This document shows positions 19,062-28,973 of a stretch of DNA of 64,000 bases, piece by piece. The position numbers were made by a program, and so were the translations under genes. The stretch comes from an uncultured virus (IMG/VR IMGVR_UViG_3300020207_000018) (taxonomy: Duplodnaviria > Heunggongvirae > Uroviricota > Caudoviricetes): positions 1 to 64,000 of IMG/VR virus record IMGVR_UViG_3300020207_000018. One strand, 5' to 3'. Positions within the stretch are counted from its first letter, which is position 1. Every line of letters starts with the position of its first letter. The notes beneath the pieces were generated by a model. The model was not told the DNA's origin and ran no database searches. It was given only the letters and a program-made list of their open reading frames with translations.

Positions 19062-20467
19062 TAGTCTAAGTCAAATTGTTTGATTTCGTATGGAAATTGT
19101 TCTCCATTATAGATATTTATCCTTTCTTTCAGGTGTTCAAGGGTATAATTATCACATTGGAGATCATCGGCAATATCGAACAATCTCATAGCATCTTTGC
19201 CTTCTGTCTTACGTAGACCTCTACCAATAGACTGTAGATTACGAATACGTGATTTAGAAGGACTTGCAAAAACAATATTATCAATCTTTTTAATATTGAC
19301 ACCTGTAGAGAAAGTTCCGTATGACGCTAGTATGACACTGTCATTAGATTGCTCAACAAGTTCTCTGACTTTCTCTCGGTCTTCGGTGTCTGTACCACCA
19401 TAGACATAGTGTAAACTGTTCACTCTCTTCTCAATCATTGGGTACAATACTTCACCGTGTTTTTCTACGTATTGGAACAACACTAGGGTATTGCCTTTGA
19501 GAGAGGCAACTAAATTAGTTATGAATGCATTACGTTTCTCATTAGAAACTAGATAATCCATTTCTTCTTGGTATGACATTTTATGACACTTTTGATGTTT
19601 AAGTATAATACAATCAATGTTAATATTTGCAATTGTGCCTTCTTCAATTAACTGAGCAGAAGATATAACTTTCTTTACAGGCCCAAAAAGACCCTCAAGT
19701 TGTAATCGGTGTACTTCACTACCGTCTAACGTACCTGTTGTACCAAATCGTACAGCAGTCTTCTTCATTTTCTCTAAAATGCCTTTTAAAGTTGTTGCTT
19801 TAAATAGATGTGCTTCATCTCCTATTACTACGTCAAATCCTTCCAAGATTTCTTTAGGTGCTTTACTAAAACTCTGCCATGTCGATATCGTAATGTCAGC
19901 AGAAAATACAGGTTGACCACTATAAATTTTACAAATGTCTTTATCATATCCATAATCTTCGAAGTCCTTTGCCATCTGTTCTACCAATGATGTAGTAGGT
20001 ACAATGACAATTGTTTTTTTGTTGTAATATCTTGCAAGTAGATATATGATTAATGATTTACCACTTGCAGTTGGTGAGAGTAGAAGTTGTCTGCCATATT
20101 GAATAGCAGTATTGAATGCATCTATCTGATATTCTCTAGGTTCAAAGGGAAGGTTTAAATCTGCCAACCATGATTGACTACACTTGTCTCTTTGTTTTGT
20201 TCCAAGTACTTCTTCAACACCTTCAAATTCATATCCTCTTTCTCTACAAAACTCATCGACATATGGTAATAATCCAATATAGATTCTTTTTGTTTTAATT
20301 GAAAATAATCTTACTTTACCATCCCAATATCTGTTCTTAACAGAAGGCATAAACTTTGCATTTGGTACTGTAAAAGAAAAGAAGTCATATAAATCACGTG
20401 CAAGACCATCATCACAATTGACCTGCATGAAAACTTCGTTGACTTTAGAAACTGTTACTTTAGACAT
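19061..20467 (-). CDS. uvsW: UvsW helicase
   Basis: PREYQ, SPTASGKS, DEAH, QSIGRGLR. Confidence 0.95.
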   Translation of the reverse strand: MSKVTVSKVNEVFMQVNCDDGLARDLYDFFSFTVPNAKFMPSVKNRYWDGKVRLFSIKTKRIYIGLLPYVDEFCRERGYEFEGVEEVLGTKQRDKCSQSWLADLNLPFEPREYQIDAFNTAIQYGRQLLLSPTASGKSLIIYLLARYYNKKTIVIVPTTSLVEQMAKDFEDYGYDKDICKIYSGQPVFSADITISTWQSFSKAPKEILEGFDVVIGDEAHLFKATTLKGILEKMKKTAVRFGTTGTLDGSEVHRLQLEGLFGPVKKVISSAQLIEEGTIANINIDCIILKHQKCHKMSYQEEMDYLVSNEKRNAFITNLVASLKGNTLVLFQYVEKHGEVLYPMIEKRVNSLHYVYGGTDTEDREKVRELVEQSNDSVILASYGTFSTGVNIKKIDNIVFASPSKSRIRNLQSIGRGLRKTEGKDAMRLFDIADDLQCDNYTLEHLKERINIYNGEQFPYEIKQFDLD

Positions 20468-21131
20468 AGGGTTTGCCGTGAAACCAACTCACTAAAGATA
20501 TTCTAGTACCCTTAGTTACAGGTGTCACTTGGTGATATACAAAAGAAGGAAACACAATTAAAGTACCAATCGACTTGGCTGAAAATGGAACTGTGTTTAT
20601 ATAATTGCCTGCATCTATATTTGTATTGCGCCCTAATTTATCAAATACTCCTTGATAATTGATATATTGAAAATGACCACCTTCGTAGTCATCTGGATGT
20701 GATAGTTGAACTGTAGAACTTAGTTTTCTGATACCATGATCACTCTGATTCATATCAGATGAATCTGTATGCCATGTGTAATGATCTCCTGTTACAGGAG
20801 AATCTGGTCTATGATTATACACTGTATATTGATGTGGTTCAGGCCAAGTCCATTCATGATGCCAACCTGCCTCTGCATTTGCCATATCAATACCTGCATG
20901 AAGTTTTTCTGTAAGTTCTTCAGGTAAAAAGTCTTGTTCAAACCATTTTACATCTGATTGTCTGATATGAGAGTCTTCTGTACCACCCTCTGTTTCACCA
21001 TCTGGATCTTCTGCCTTGTTACCAACTTTACCAATTTGGAAAGGCACTTTTTCACTCATAGCATTGATCGTTTTGACCTCTTCTTCAGTGAAATAGCTTT
21101 CGTAAATCCAAATATAGTTTCTTAAATTCAT
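20460..21131 (-). CDS. 2OG-Fe(II) oxygenase (PKHD/P4H-like)
   Basis: WHTD, RKLSSTVQLS, YEGG, FPSFVYHQVTPVTKGTRISLVSW. Confidence 0.9.
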   Translation of the reverse strand: MNLRNYIWIYESYFTEEEVKTINAMSEKVPFQIGKVGNKAEDPDGETEGGTEDSHIRQSDVKWFEQDFLPEELTEKLHAGIDMANAEAGWHHEWTWPEPHQYTVYNHRPDSPVTGDHYTWHTDSSDMNQSDHGIRKLSSTVQLSHPDDYEGGHFQYINYQGVFDKLGRNTNIDAGNYINTVPFSAKSIGTLIVFPSFVYHQVTPVTKGTRISLVSWFHGKPYV

Positions 21132-21574
21132 TATGCACCTGACATAAATTTACGCCACTCTATTGTGTTCTTAATAGTTTGGTGACGCCATGTTATGTTG
21201 TCCATTGCCCTTTTTAGAAAGTCGATTACTTCTTTAAAGTATTCTATTTGTGCTCTTGCTTTCTGTAGATCGGGATCAGCGTCAAAGAAAACAGGCATAT
21301 CATTTTTCATAATTTTTAGACCATCAAAAGGGTCATCTTCCCAGCCAAGTTCTTTGATTTTTGTTTGGTCCATTTTACCATGAAACCATAACCACTTATC
21401 TTTTAAAAGTAGTTGGTATTTTAAGTTGGCATTTTTGAGTTGAATTGATGCATCGGTCAATAACTCTGAGTACTTAGCATGTAGTTTTGGTACTTCTAAA
21501 CTAGACGTATCTAATTCGATATCATCTACCTTACAATCTTCTTTCCACATTGCTTTTAATTCATCTAAGTTCAT
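21131..21574 (-). CDS. uvsY: Recombination mediator UvsY
   Basis: PKLHAKY, IKNTIEWRKF; synteny. Confidence 0.9.
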   Translation of the reverse strand: MNLDELKAMWKEDCKVDDIELDTSSLEVPKLHAKYSELLTDASIQLKNANLKYQLLLKDKWLWFHGKMDQTKIKELGWEDDPFDGLKIMKNDMPVFFDADPDLQKARAQIEYFKEVIDFLKRAMDNITWRHQTIKNTIEWRKFMSGA

Positions 21575-21620
21575 AAAATATCCTATAATATACCCTATAG
21601 TATATCATATTTATTACGAT

Positions 21621-22160
21621 TTAAGAAGTTGTTTTTATCTCGTAGTAGGTAAATCTAAAAGATACAGTACAGATAACTGCTTCTGCATCGGCACCAGACT
21701 CTAATTCAATAGAACCTAATGATATAGGGAAACAGTCATGGAATCTAAAATATCTATTTGGTATATTTTTATTTGTATTTGTTACCAATGTGATATCTGA
21801 ATACTGATTGAGGTCGTTTTCTACGGCACTTAACGTACCTGTTTGTGTTTTGATTGTACGTGTATAGTTTTCATACAGTCTAGGGTCAGCAACAGGAACA
21901 ATAGAATCCATCCAATCATATATTTCTTTGAAGTTTTCTAAGTCTTCATCTACTAAAAAGGATACATCTAGTGTATCATAAGATACCTTGTCGCCTGGAA
22001 AATAAGCATCGATACCAACACCAGCAGCTTGAACTGTTTCACCAAATGTAAGTCCTGGTATGTTGACCGTTCTTACATAGTATTCAACTGCTGGTACTTT
22101 ATCAATAAGAAGTCTGAAATTATTCTTATTGAGAATCGATTTATTAATACTAGTTTCCAA
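21621..22160 (-). CDS. gp3: Tail completion/tube terminator gp3
   Basis: NFRLLI, VNIPG, FLVDEDLENFKEIYDW, FPISL. Confidence 0.85.
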   Translation of the reverse strand: METSINKSILNKNNFRLLIDKVPAVEYYVRTVNIPGLTFGETVQAAGVGIDAYFPGDKVSYDTLDVSFLVDEDLENFKEIYDWMDSIVPVADPRLYENYTRTIKTQTGTLSAVENDLNQYSDITLVTNTNKNIPNRYFRFHDCFPISLGSIELESGADAEAVICTVSFRFTYYEIKTTS

Positions 22161-22368
22161 GTTTTATAATCCTTTTATTAGTAGTTGTATCATGGTAGTC
22201 ATCGCCTTTGTAAACTCTTGTTACAGTCTCTTCACATAGAAAACCATCTTCTACGTATTGAGTTGTGATTGTACGATTCAATACATTTGTTGTTTCTTTG
22301 CCTTTAGGAAAAGCACTTCTTTCCCACGGTCCTTCTAACACTGTTACACTTTTTGCATACTCTGACAT
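22150..22368 (-). CDS. Hypothetical protein
   Basis: GGAG RBS; late promoter TATAAATA at 22388-22395. Confidence 0.65.
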   Translation of the reverse strand: MSEYAKSVTVLEGPWERSAFPKGKETTNVLNRTITTQYVEDGFLCEETVTRVYKGDDYHDTTTNKRIIKLGN

Positions 22369-22397
22369 AATTTTCTCCGTATAGTACTATTTATATA

Positions 22398-22418
22398 GGT
22401 GGGGCATTGCGCCCCACT
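22398..22418 (-). terminator. GC-rich hairpin with GCAA loop
   Basis: GTGGGGC-GCAAT-GCCCCAC on the minus strand after the 22421 stop. Confidence 0.6.
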
Positions 22419-22420
22419 TT

Positions 22421-22639
22421 TTATTTCTCGTTTACAAAATCATTGAACTGTTTTGCAGTTTCAATAACATCTTGAGCAGTATAAGTCCTCAAAGGAATTT
22501 CCTTTTTAGACTCAGCATGATTGTCATTCCATGAATATATGGTCTGCCTCTCATTCTCAATATTATTGATAATAAGACTTTCTGCTAGATTAAGTAAGTT
22601 GGCACGAATCTCGTACCCAGATTTTTGTGAATTAGTCAT
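22421..22639 (-). CDS. Hypothetical conserved phage protein
   Basis: GYEIRANLL...AKQFNDFV; GGAGG RBS. Confidence 0.65.
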   Translation of the reverse strand: MTNSQKSGYEIRANLLNLAESLIINNIENERQTIYSWNDNHAESKKEIPLRTYTAQDVIETAKQFNDFVNEK

Positions 22640-22671
22640 AATTTCCTCCTGTGTGTGTTTGTGTGTGTATG

Positions 22672-22688
22672 ACTAAATAGTATTTAGT
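22672..22688. promoter_or_regulatory. Palindromic divergent late-type promoter ACTAAATA-G-TATTTAGT
   Basis: Lies between the divergent genes ending at 22639 (-) and starting at 22687 (+). Confidence 0.55.
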
Positions 22689-23526
22689 GAATATTTTTAT
22701 ATCAATTGCCTCGTTTATGGACCCACAACTTGAAGATACCATATCTTCATGTTTGGATAATGCTGACTCTAATAGAATTCATATTGCAGTATGTGATCAA
22801 TCAGAACAGTACAACGAAAACGTTGCAAAAATGGTCAAGTACTATAACTTCATGGACTGGCGTAGTGCTAGAGGTCCATGTTTCGCTAGACATCTAATTC
22901 AGAATCTTATAGAAGATGAACAGTGGTATCTACAGATAGATTCTCATACTAAATTTGAAGTAGGTTGGGATACTATTTTACTCGGTCAAATGAGTAATCT
23001 TCCACCTAATTCTATAATAACTGGTTATCCTAGAGATGTAAAAGACCTAGGTGTTAAAAGTAGTCACACACACGTTCTTAGAGTCGATAAGAACAATCTA
23101 TGGCAGTATGACACACATTTCAATACTCAAATCTCTGTTTCAGATACTCCAAACATTCATCAAGGTTATCTGTTATCAGCAGGCAATCTGTTCAGTAGTA
23201 CAGACTTCTGTAGAGATGTGCCATATGACCCTCACTTTTACTTTGAAGGAGAAGAACCCTCGTTAGCTCTCCGTGCATATTGTATGGGTTATGACATATA
23301 TCATGTACCTAATAACCCAATATTTCATGATTATAGAAAAAACATTAGACCACTACATTGGGAGAAACACCAAGATTGGGGTAGAATGAGAGATAGATCA
23401 ATGCAAAGATACAGTGATATCATTCACGGAAAGATCAAAGGAGTCTATGGGATAGGGTGGAAAAGATCGCTCAATGATTATAAGAACTTCTCTGGTATAG
23501 ATTACATCAATAAAACAATCGTATAA
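22687..23526 (+). CDS. GT60-like (Skp1 hydroxyproline) N-acetylglucosaminyltransferase
   Basis: IFISIASFMD, ARGPCFARH, YLQIDSHTKF, ITGYP, VPYDP, FEGEE, GYDIY motifs of the Gnt1/GlcNAc family. Confidence 0.8.
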   Translation: MNIFISIASFMDPQLEDTISSCLDNADSNRIHIAVCDQSEQYNENVAKMVKYYNFMDWRSARGPCFARHLIQNLIEDEQWYLQIDSHTKFEVGWDTILLGQMSNLPPNSIITGYPRDVKDLGVKSSHTHVLRVDKNNLWQYDTHFNTQISVSDTPNIHQGYLLSAGNLFSSTDFCRDVPYDPHFYFEGEEPSLALRAYCMGYDIYHVPNNPIFHDYRKNIRPLHWEKHQDWGRMRDRSMQRYSDIIHGKIKGVYGIGWKRSLNDYKNFSGIDYINKTIV

Positions 23527-23552
23527 AAAAAGGGGTCTAAAAAGACCCCTTT
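23525..23552. terminator. Bidirectional intrinsic terminator after gp23 and the GT gene
   Basis: AAAAAAAGGGGTCT-aaaa-AGACCCCTTT. Confidence 0.8.
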
Positions 23553-23571
23553 AAAATTCAAAAAAGAATTA

Positions 23572-24876
23572 TTACAGAATGTTAGAAACTGCCATCTTTC
23601 TGAAGTACTGGTTGTTACCTCTACCACCTGAAACTGAACTCAATGGAGTTGAAGTTACGAATGGGTTAGGGATCATTCCATATCTGGTTTTGAAACCGAT
23701 TTTTGGTTGGAATGTATTCTCGCCAACTGCACGAACCATTTGTAAAGGTACGTATGGGCAATAGAATAGACCAGCGTCATAAGGATTTGAACCTCTGTAA
23801 CCAACTGTCATATAATCTGAACCAGCATATGGATCGATATAGACTTTAACTCTACCGTTAAGAAGACCAGCAAATGTGTTGCCTGTGTCGTCTACGTTTA
23901 AGTTTGTTGATAATGCAGGTGCGTAATCTAATACGCCTGCCATTGAAAGAGCAGATGCTACGTCTGAAGAACAAAGGATAAAGTTACCTTTTCCTCTTCT
24001 TGTGTCTTTAGCGATAACATTTGATTCTCTTTCGATTTGGAACAATAACCCTTTGAATTTCTCAACTGACCAACGACCATTTGCATCAACGTCTAAGTTG
24101 AATGTGCCTGGTGAAGCTGTTGCGGAAGCACCTGTTTTTGCTTGTAGGTTTACTTCTCTTACAACTTCTCTGTTGATTTCAGCAAGAATTTCAGCTGAAA
24201 GGATGTTTGCAAGTTCTGATTCTGCATCAAGACCGTGGATTGCTTTTAAGTCTTGTGCAAGTTCGAGTGTGTACTCGGCTTTAAGTGCTCTGGATACTGC
24301 TGTAACAGTTGCCTTTTCAATTGTGAAAGACATTTCGTTGAAAGCATTTGAGGCTGAATCGCCTAATGCTTCAGCAGAAGCTGTGCTCATACCTGAAGAT
24401 GTATCAGTTGCATATGCACCAGCGAAAGGATCGCCAGATGGATCTGAATCAACACCAGCAGAACTGTTAGGCCCAGCAGTTGCTGAGTTTGAAGTTCTTG
24501 CTTCGTTGAATAATGCTTCTGATTGACTTTCTCTTCCTGCGGAAGGATAGTCGGCATATCTTGCTTTCATAGCAAAGATAAGACCTGTTGGTCCTGTCAT
24601 TGGTTGAACACCGCAAATGTCGTATGCAACGAGATTTGGCATAGCTCTTCTTACTAGAGAAATTAGGATTGGGTCCCAATTTGAAATAGCTGAAGAACCA
24701 GTAGCATTTAAAGGTGCAACCTCGTCAAGTTGTGATCTTTCTTCTGAAAGAGCTTTCTCTTGGTTTTCGAGGATAACTGCTGTAACGGCTTTCTTGTAGT
24801 TGTCACCGATCTCTGGAAGATCGTTGTGTTCTAGAATAGGCTGCCACTTTTCTACTAAATTTTCTGATAAAAACAT
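23572..24876 (-). CDS. gp23: Major capsid protein gp23
   Basis: LVRRAMPNL, GVQPMTGPTGLIFAM, ELAQDLKAIHGLDAE, FQPKIGFKTRYG. Confidence 0.98.
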   Translation of the reverse strand: MFLSENLVEKWQPILEHNDLPEIGDNYKKAVTAVILENQEKALSEERSQLDEVAPLNATGSSAISNWDPILISLVRRAMPNLVAYDICGVQPMTGPTGLIFAMKARYADYPSAGRESQSEALFNEARTSNSATAGPNSSAGVDSDPSGDPFAGAYATDTSSGMSTASAEALGDSASNAFNEMSFTIEKATVTAVSRALKAEYTLELAQDLKAIHGLDAESELANILSAEILAEINREVVREVNLQAKTGASATASPGTFNLDVDANGRWSVEKFKGLLFQIERESNVIAKDTRRGKGNFILCSSDVASALSMAGVLDYAPALSTNLNVDDTGNTFAGLLNGRVKVYIDPYAGSDYMTVGYRGSNPYDAGLFYCPYVPLQMVRAVGENTFQPKIGFKTRYGMIPNPFVTSTPLSSVSGGRGNNQYFRKMAVSNIL

Positions 24877-24899
24877 TTTAGTTTCCTGTTTCCTTTAAA

Positions 24900-26270
24900 T
24901 TAACCTAATGGTTTTAGTTTTGATATTGCAGTAGAATATCTGTTCATTGAAGGATCAAGAACTTTCTCTTCGCTAGTTGCGAATTCGCCAGTTCCTTCTT
25001 CAACTACAGTTTCTTCTGCGATAGTTCCGCCCTCTGAAGGAAAGTATGCTTCTTTTAACTCAGAAACTTTCTCTGCGAAATCTTCTGAATCTGTGAAGTC
25101 TACACCTTTTGAAAGTGAAACTAATTTCTCTTGCTGTGACTCAGACAAGTCTTTACAGGCTTCTCTGATCACTCCGTCTCTTTTAAGACTTTCGTTTTCC
25201 TCAACGATTTCCATATTTTTAGATACTTCAGCGTCAAGTTTATCTTCCATCTCATCGAGACGATTTGCGAGTTCATCAATAACGTTGTACTTATCTTCTG
25301 GTACTTCTACATAATGTTCAACGAACAATGTTTTAAGTCCTTCAATGAAGTTCTCGGTCATTTCTGATCTCAAACCTCTTTCAATTGCGAGTTCGTTTTC
25401 TTTTGTCCACTCTTCTGCACAATATGATAGATACTTATCAACTGCTTCTGCGAGGTCGCCTTTGACTTTTTCTACTGAGGTTTTTAATTCTTCTGAGTAC
25501 TGAGACTCAAGTTGTTCTTTAACTTCTTCAACTTTTGAAGATACAGCTGCTTTGAAGATTGTTCTAGCTTTCTCTTGATTCTCTTCTGATAGTTCAAGAG
25601 CTTCTGAGATTTTCTCTAGGTCGTCTTCTACTTCGATCTCAACTAATGAAGCTTCAAGTGCTGATGTTGACTCTTTGACTTCTTCTTCGTCTTCGTCTTC
25701 ATCTTTATTCTCTTCAACTTCTTTTTCGTCTTCGTCTTCTTTATCTTCTTCTTCTGTGAAGAATGCGTTGTAAGTTTCGTCTACTTCTTCCTCATCTTTT
25801 TTCTTCATGAGTTCAACGATTGATCTTGCGATCTCTGCTTTAGTCAAGGATTCATCAACGTCATCTTTTTCATCAGACATTTTACCGTACATTGCCTGAA
25901 GTTTTTCTTTATCCATATCTTTCATAGCGTTGACCATAGCCTTGATCATTTCCATTTTTGAAGGTTTCTCATCTTCTGAGTCTTCTTCTTCTGAAACTTT
26001 TTTCAACTTAGGTTGTGCATCAGGCTTTGATTCACCTTTTTGTTGTGCATCACCAGAAACTTCTTTAGTTCCTTTTTCTGCACTTTTAATGCTAGCAACT
26101 GCTTTGTCAACAGGATTTTCTTCAGGTTTGACGACTTCACCTTTGCCGCTTTCAATTTTTTCAGCATCGGATGAACCTTGCTTAACAGGTTTTTTGTCAC
26201 CGTCTACAGCTTTAGCGTTGGGCTGTTGACCCTCTTCAACTGTTTCTAGGTTATTTTCTAACTCTGCCAT
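24900..26270 (-). CDS. gp22: Prohead core scaffold gp22
   Basis: Acidic; IFKAAV, YLSYCAEEW, FIEGLKTLF; synteny. Confidence 0.9.
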   Translation of the reverse strand: MAELENNLETVEEGQQPNAKAVDGDKKPVKQGSSDAEKIESGKGEVVKPEENPVDKAVASIKSAEKGTKEVSGDAQQKGESKPDAQPKLKKVSEEEDSEDEKPSKMEMIKAMVNAMKDMDKEKLQAMYGKMSDEKDDVDESLTKAEIARSIVELMKKKDEEEVDETYNAFFTEEEDKEDEDEKEVEENKDEDEDEEEVKESTSALEASLVEIEVEDDLEKISEALELSEENQEKARTIFKAAVSSKVEEVKEQLESQYSEELKTSVEKVKGDLAEAVDKYLSYCAEEWTKENELAIERGLRSEMTENFIEGLKTLFVEHYVEVPEDKYNVIDELANRLDEMEDKLDAEVSKNMEIVEENESLKRDGVIREACKDLSESQQEKLVSLSKGVDFTDSEDFAEKVSELKEAYFPSEGGTIAEETVVEEGTGEFATSEEKVLDPSMNRYSTAISKLKPLG

Positions 26271-26299
26271 TTTTTTCTCCTGTTTGAGTAATACTCTTT

Positions 26300-26307
26300 T
26301 ATTTATA
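26300..26307 (-). promoter_or_regulatory. T4 late promoter TATAAATA (gp22-gp23)
   Basis: Exact consensus upstream of gp22. Confidence 0.8.
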
Positions 26308-26309
26308 TA

Positions 26310-26963
26310 TTATAGGTTCTCAATGAACTTTTTCCATAGATTTAATTTGGTTTCCTCAAGTTTATTGCGCTTAGCAGTTCTGAGAGTATCTCTCATTTTG
26401 CCTGCATCCACTGCTTTAAGGATACCTGATTCATATATCCACTCTACTCCTTCCATGATGCCCTCTACGAAAGCCTCTGGAGCAGACGGATCTGCAACGA
26501 TATCAGCGGCTGTTGCCAACTGAAAATCATTCTTAACAACTTGTGCGCCACCTTTTTGTTCTAGTGAACCTAGACCTCTAGAGGATACTCCAAGTTTTGC
26601 ACCATCGTCAATCAAATTTCTCACAATCTGACCATTTGGTGTTGATAAAATTTTTGCTCGTCCCACATAATTATCACCGTCTGATTCTAATTTGGTGATA
26701 AGGTGAGATACTTTGTCTAAATTAATTGTTGGTCCATCTGGATGACCAAGTTCGCCGAATGCTCTGTCCTTTTCAACGAATTCTTTAACGTAACGATTTA
26801 CTTCTTTATCCATTACGTCTTTAGGATATATTCTACCGTTTCTGTTTTTAATCGCAGCTTGCATGAATATTCCCTCGATGAAGTAATCTTTTTTACCTTG
26901 CTCGTTCTCTTCAACGATAATTGGTGATACTCCGTAATCTACAAATTCAGATATTAGTTTCAT
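26310..26963 (-). CDS. gp21: Prohead protease gp21
   Basis: NRNGRIY, GELGHP, GVSSRGLGS, DIVADPSAPEA. Confidence 0.95.
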   Translation of the reverse strand: MKLISEFVDYGVSPIIVEENEQGKKDYFIEGIFMQAAIKNRNGRIYPKDVMDKEVNRYVKEFVEKDRAFGELGHPDGPTINLDKVSHLITKLESDGDNYVGRAKILSTPNGQIVRNLIDDGAKLGVSSRGLGSLEQKGGAQVVKNDFQLATAADIVADPSAPEAFVEGIMEGVEWIYESGILKAVDAGKMRDTLRTAKRNKLEETKLNLWKKFIENL

Positions 26964-27249
26964 TTATAACTCCTAAAATTTCTTCTAATGAGATGTTTTC
27001 TTCACCCATTTGTAACATTACATTCTTAATATTCTTCATCTCTTTTTCGGCCTCTTTTACATTTTTATATGTGCCGATTTCTATATCATCCATATAAACA
27101 TGGATTTTTTTTCTTCTGTCTTCAGCGTATACGATGTTGACAGTTTTGCCTGAAACTTTTTGTGTTTCACGCTTAACTTCCTTTTGATCTTTAGGAAGTG
27201 TAAACTTCGCTTCGTTTAACTCAGCTGTTATCTGTGTCCAAGTTTTCAC
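26947..27249 (-). CDS. Hypothetical head-region protein
   Basis: Located between gp20 and gp21. Confidence 0.6.
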   Translation of the reverse strand: MKTWTQITAELNEAKFTLPKDQKEVKRETQKVSGKTVNIVYAEDRRKKIHVYMDDIEIGTYKNVKEAEKEMKNIKNVMLQMGEENISLEEILGVINETNI

Positions 27250-27400
27250 TTTTGTTTACCCAATCGACCTGCATTTCGACACGTTTCATGTCTACTACGT
27301 CAGCAGCTTTTGCTTTAATACCATCAAAAATACTATCTTTAGCATCTTGTAGTTTACCTGCTTCAATTTGGTCTACTATTTTGTTTGCTATATCACTCAT
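27221..27400 (-). CDS. Small prohead core-like protein (59 aa, MSDIANKIVDQIEAGK...)
   Basis: Manual translation; occupies the T4 gp67 position just after the portal gene. Confidence 0.55.
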   Translation of the reverse strand: MSDIANKIVDQIEAGKLQDAKDSIFDGIKAKAADVVDMKRVEMQVDWVNKSENLDTDNS

Positions 27401-27403
27401 TTA

Positions 27404-28930
27404 TTAAAACCCCATGTCATCGTCTTCTCCGTCACCGTCAGCATCAATCTGTTGTTGCATGTTTTCGATGTCTTCATCTGACTGTTTTAAGAAGAACTTT
27501 TTAACATACTCTTTAGAGAAATATGAACCTACATATGACTCTGCTTGTGAGAGTAAGTCTAATCTTTCTTTAAATAACTCTTGCTCTTTTAACTCTGTAA
27601 AGTAGTTATCAGTAGCAAAGTCATAACGTATAAAATCTTTGACTTCGTCAAATTCATCGCTAGATACAATATTCTTAAGAATCAATTGTGTTCTTAATAG
27701 ATCAGTGAAGCATCTAGCAAACTTCACCTGAAGTCTATGTGTGAACTTGTTAAACTTAAGTTCATCTCTACTGATCTCTGAAGAACGGCCCATATTGAAG
27801 CCGTTATCTGATTCCATTCTGGAAACAGGTACATTCAGTGATCGATATAGTTTCTTTTTAAAGTATTCTATATCATCAATCTCTGAAAGATTCTGTCCAC
27901 CTGGTAATGTAGAGATTTCTGTACCTCTACCACCTTCTCTACGTGGTAACCAAAAGTCTTCCATCATCGACATGTGGCGTCTATCATCTTTGATTTCGCC
28001 TGTATCTGCATTATAAACAAGTTTGTTTCTGTACTTGTTCATAACATCGGCAAGATACTGTTCTGCCTTTGCCTTTGGAAGGTTACCTACATCGATGTAG
28101 AATATTCTTCTTTCAGGTGCTCTTGCAATTCTGTAAATTACTAGAGCGTCTTCTAACATTGCTAACTGATTAGCAGTTTTCAATGCCTTATGAAGATGTC
28201 CGATTACGATGTTCTGTGTGTAATCTAACATACCAGAAGTTGTATAACTTACTGCTTCTGGTGCAATTTTAAGAGTATTGCCTTCTGTTGCACTACCCTT
28301 GTCAAAACCTTTATCGTTGAAGACGTAAAACTCTTCAACCTTTTTAATGACCTCTACTTGGGTCTTTTTGTCTTTATCTTTTTCGACATTTCTGATCTTC
28401 TTAATTTTTAGAGGATCAACGTTTCTAATGTCGACCATGCCCGCTTGAGGACGTGAAGAATCTACTACTTTATGAAAGTAGATTCTACCATCGATGTACC
28501 ATTTTCTGAATAATTCATGAGAGTTCACATTGAACTTCATTAAAGATAAGATATGTTTAAACTCTAGTTGCATCTTCTTCTTGATGCTATCACTGAGCTC
28601 AACATCTTTGAGATCGAGAGACACTATCCTATCTTCAGTATCAGAAACAACACATTCGTTGACTATGTCTTCGATAGCTGCATCACATTCAGGTACTAGA
28701 GAAGTCTCTCTGTATCTGCGAATAAGAGCAACTTCATTCTTGATGCCGCCTTCCATATCAACGTAGGTGCCATATGCACCACCTGATATGAAGCCTGATT
28801 GCGAAGTTTGAATGACAGGTGTGCCGTCATCTTCCACTGGCGCAACGAAAGAAGGAGCTGACTTCTTCTCTACGTCTACTTCTCGTAACTCGTCTTTTTT
28901 ACGAGTTATTTCAAACCCAAATATTTCCAT
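27404..28930 (-). CDS. gp20: Portal protein gp20
   Basis: WYIDGRIY, LEDALVIYRIARAPERRIFYIDVGN, EDFWLPRREGGRGTEI. Confidence 0.97.
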   Translation of the reverse strand: MEIFGFEITRKKDELREVDVEKKSAPSFVAPVEDDGTPVIQTSQSGFISGGAYGTYVDMEGGIKNEVALIRRYRETSLVPECDAAIEDIVNECVVSDTEDRIVSLDLKDVELSDSIKKKMQLEFKHILSLMKFNVNSHELFRKWYIDGRIYFHKVVDSSRPQAGMVDIRNVDPLKIKKIRNVEKDKDKKTQVEVIKKVEEFYVFNDKGFDKGSATEGNTLKIAPEAVSYTTSGMLDYTQNIVIGHLHKALKTANQLAMLEDALVIYRIARAPERRIFYIDVGNLPKAKAEQYLADVMNKYRNKLVYNADTGEIKDDRRHMSMMEDFWLPRREGGRGTEISTLPGGQNLSEIDDIEYFKKKLYRSLNVPVSRMESDNGFNMGRSSEISRDELKFNKFTHRLQVKFARCFTDLLRTQLILKNIVSSDEFDEVKDFIRYDFATDNYFTELKEQELFKERLDLLSQAESYVGSYFSKEYVKKFFLKQSDEDIENMQQQIDADGDGEDDDMGF

Positions 28931-28936
28931 AATATG

Positions 28937-28944
28937 TATTTATA
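28937..28944 (-). promoter_or_regulatory. T4 late promoter TATAAATA, 6 nt before the gp20 ATG
   Basis: Exact consensus; adjacent hairpin ATATCGCCCT-aaaa-AGGGCGATAT at 28942-28965. Confidence 0.8.
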
Positions 28945-28973
28945 TCGCCCTAAAAAGGGCGATATTCAAAAAA

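Noticed and set aside
24002..24526. Plus-strand 174-aa ORF and similar antisense ORFs within gp18, gp20 and the fibre genes
   Set aside because: They lie opposite well-conserved genes and are explained by codon bias.
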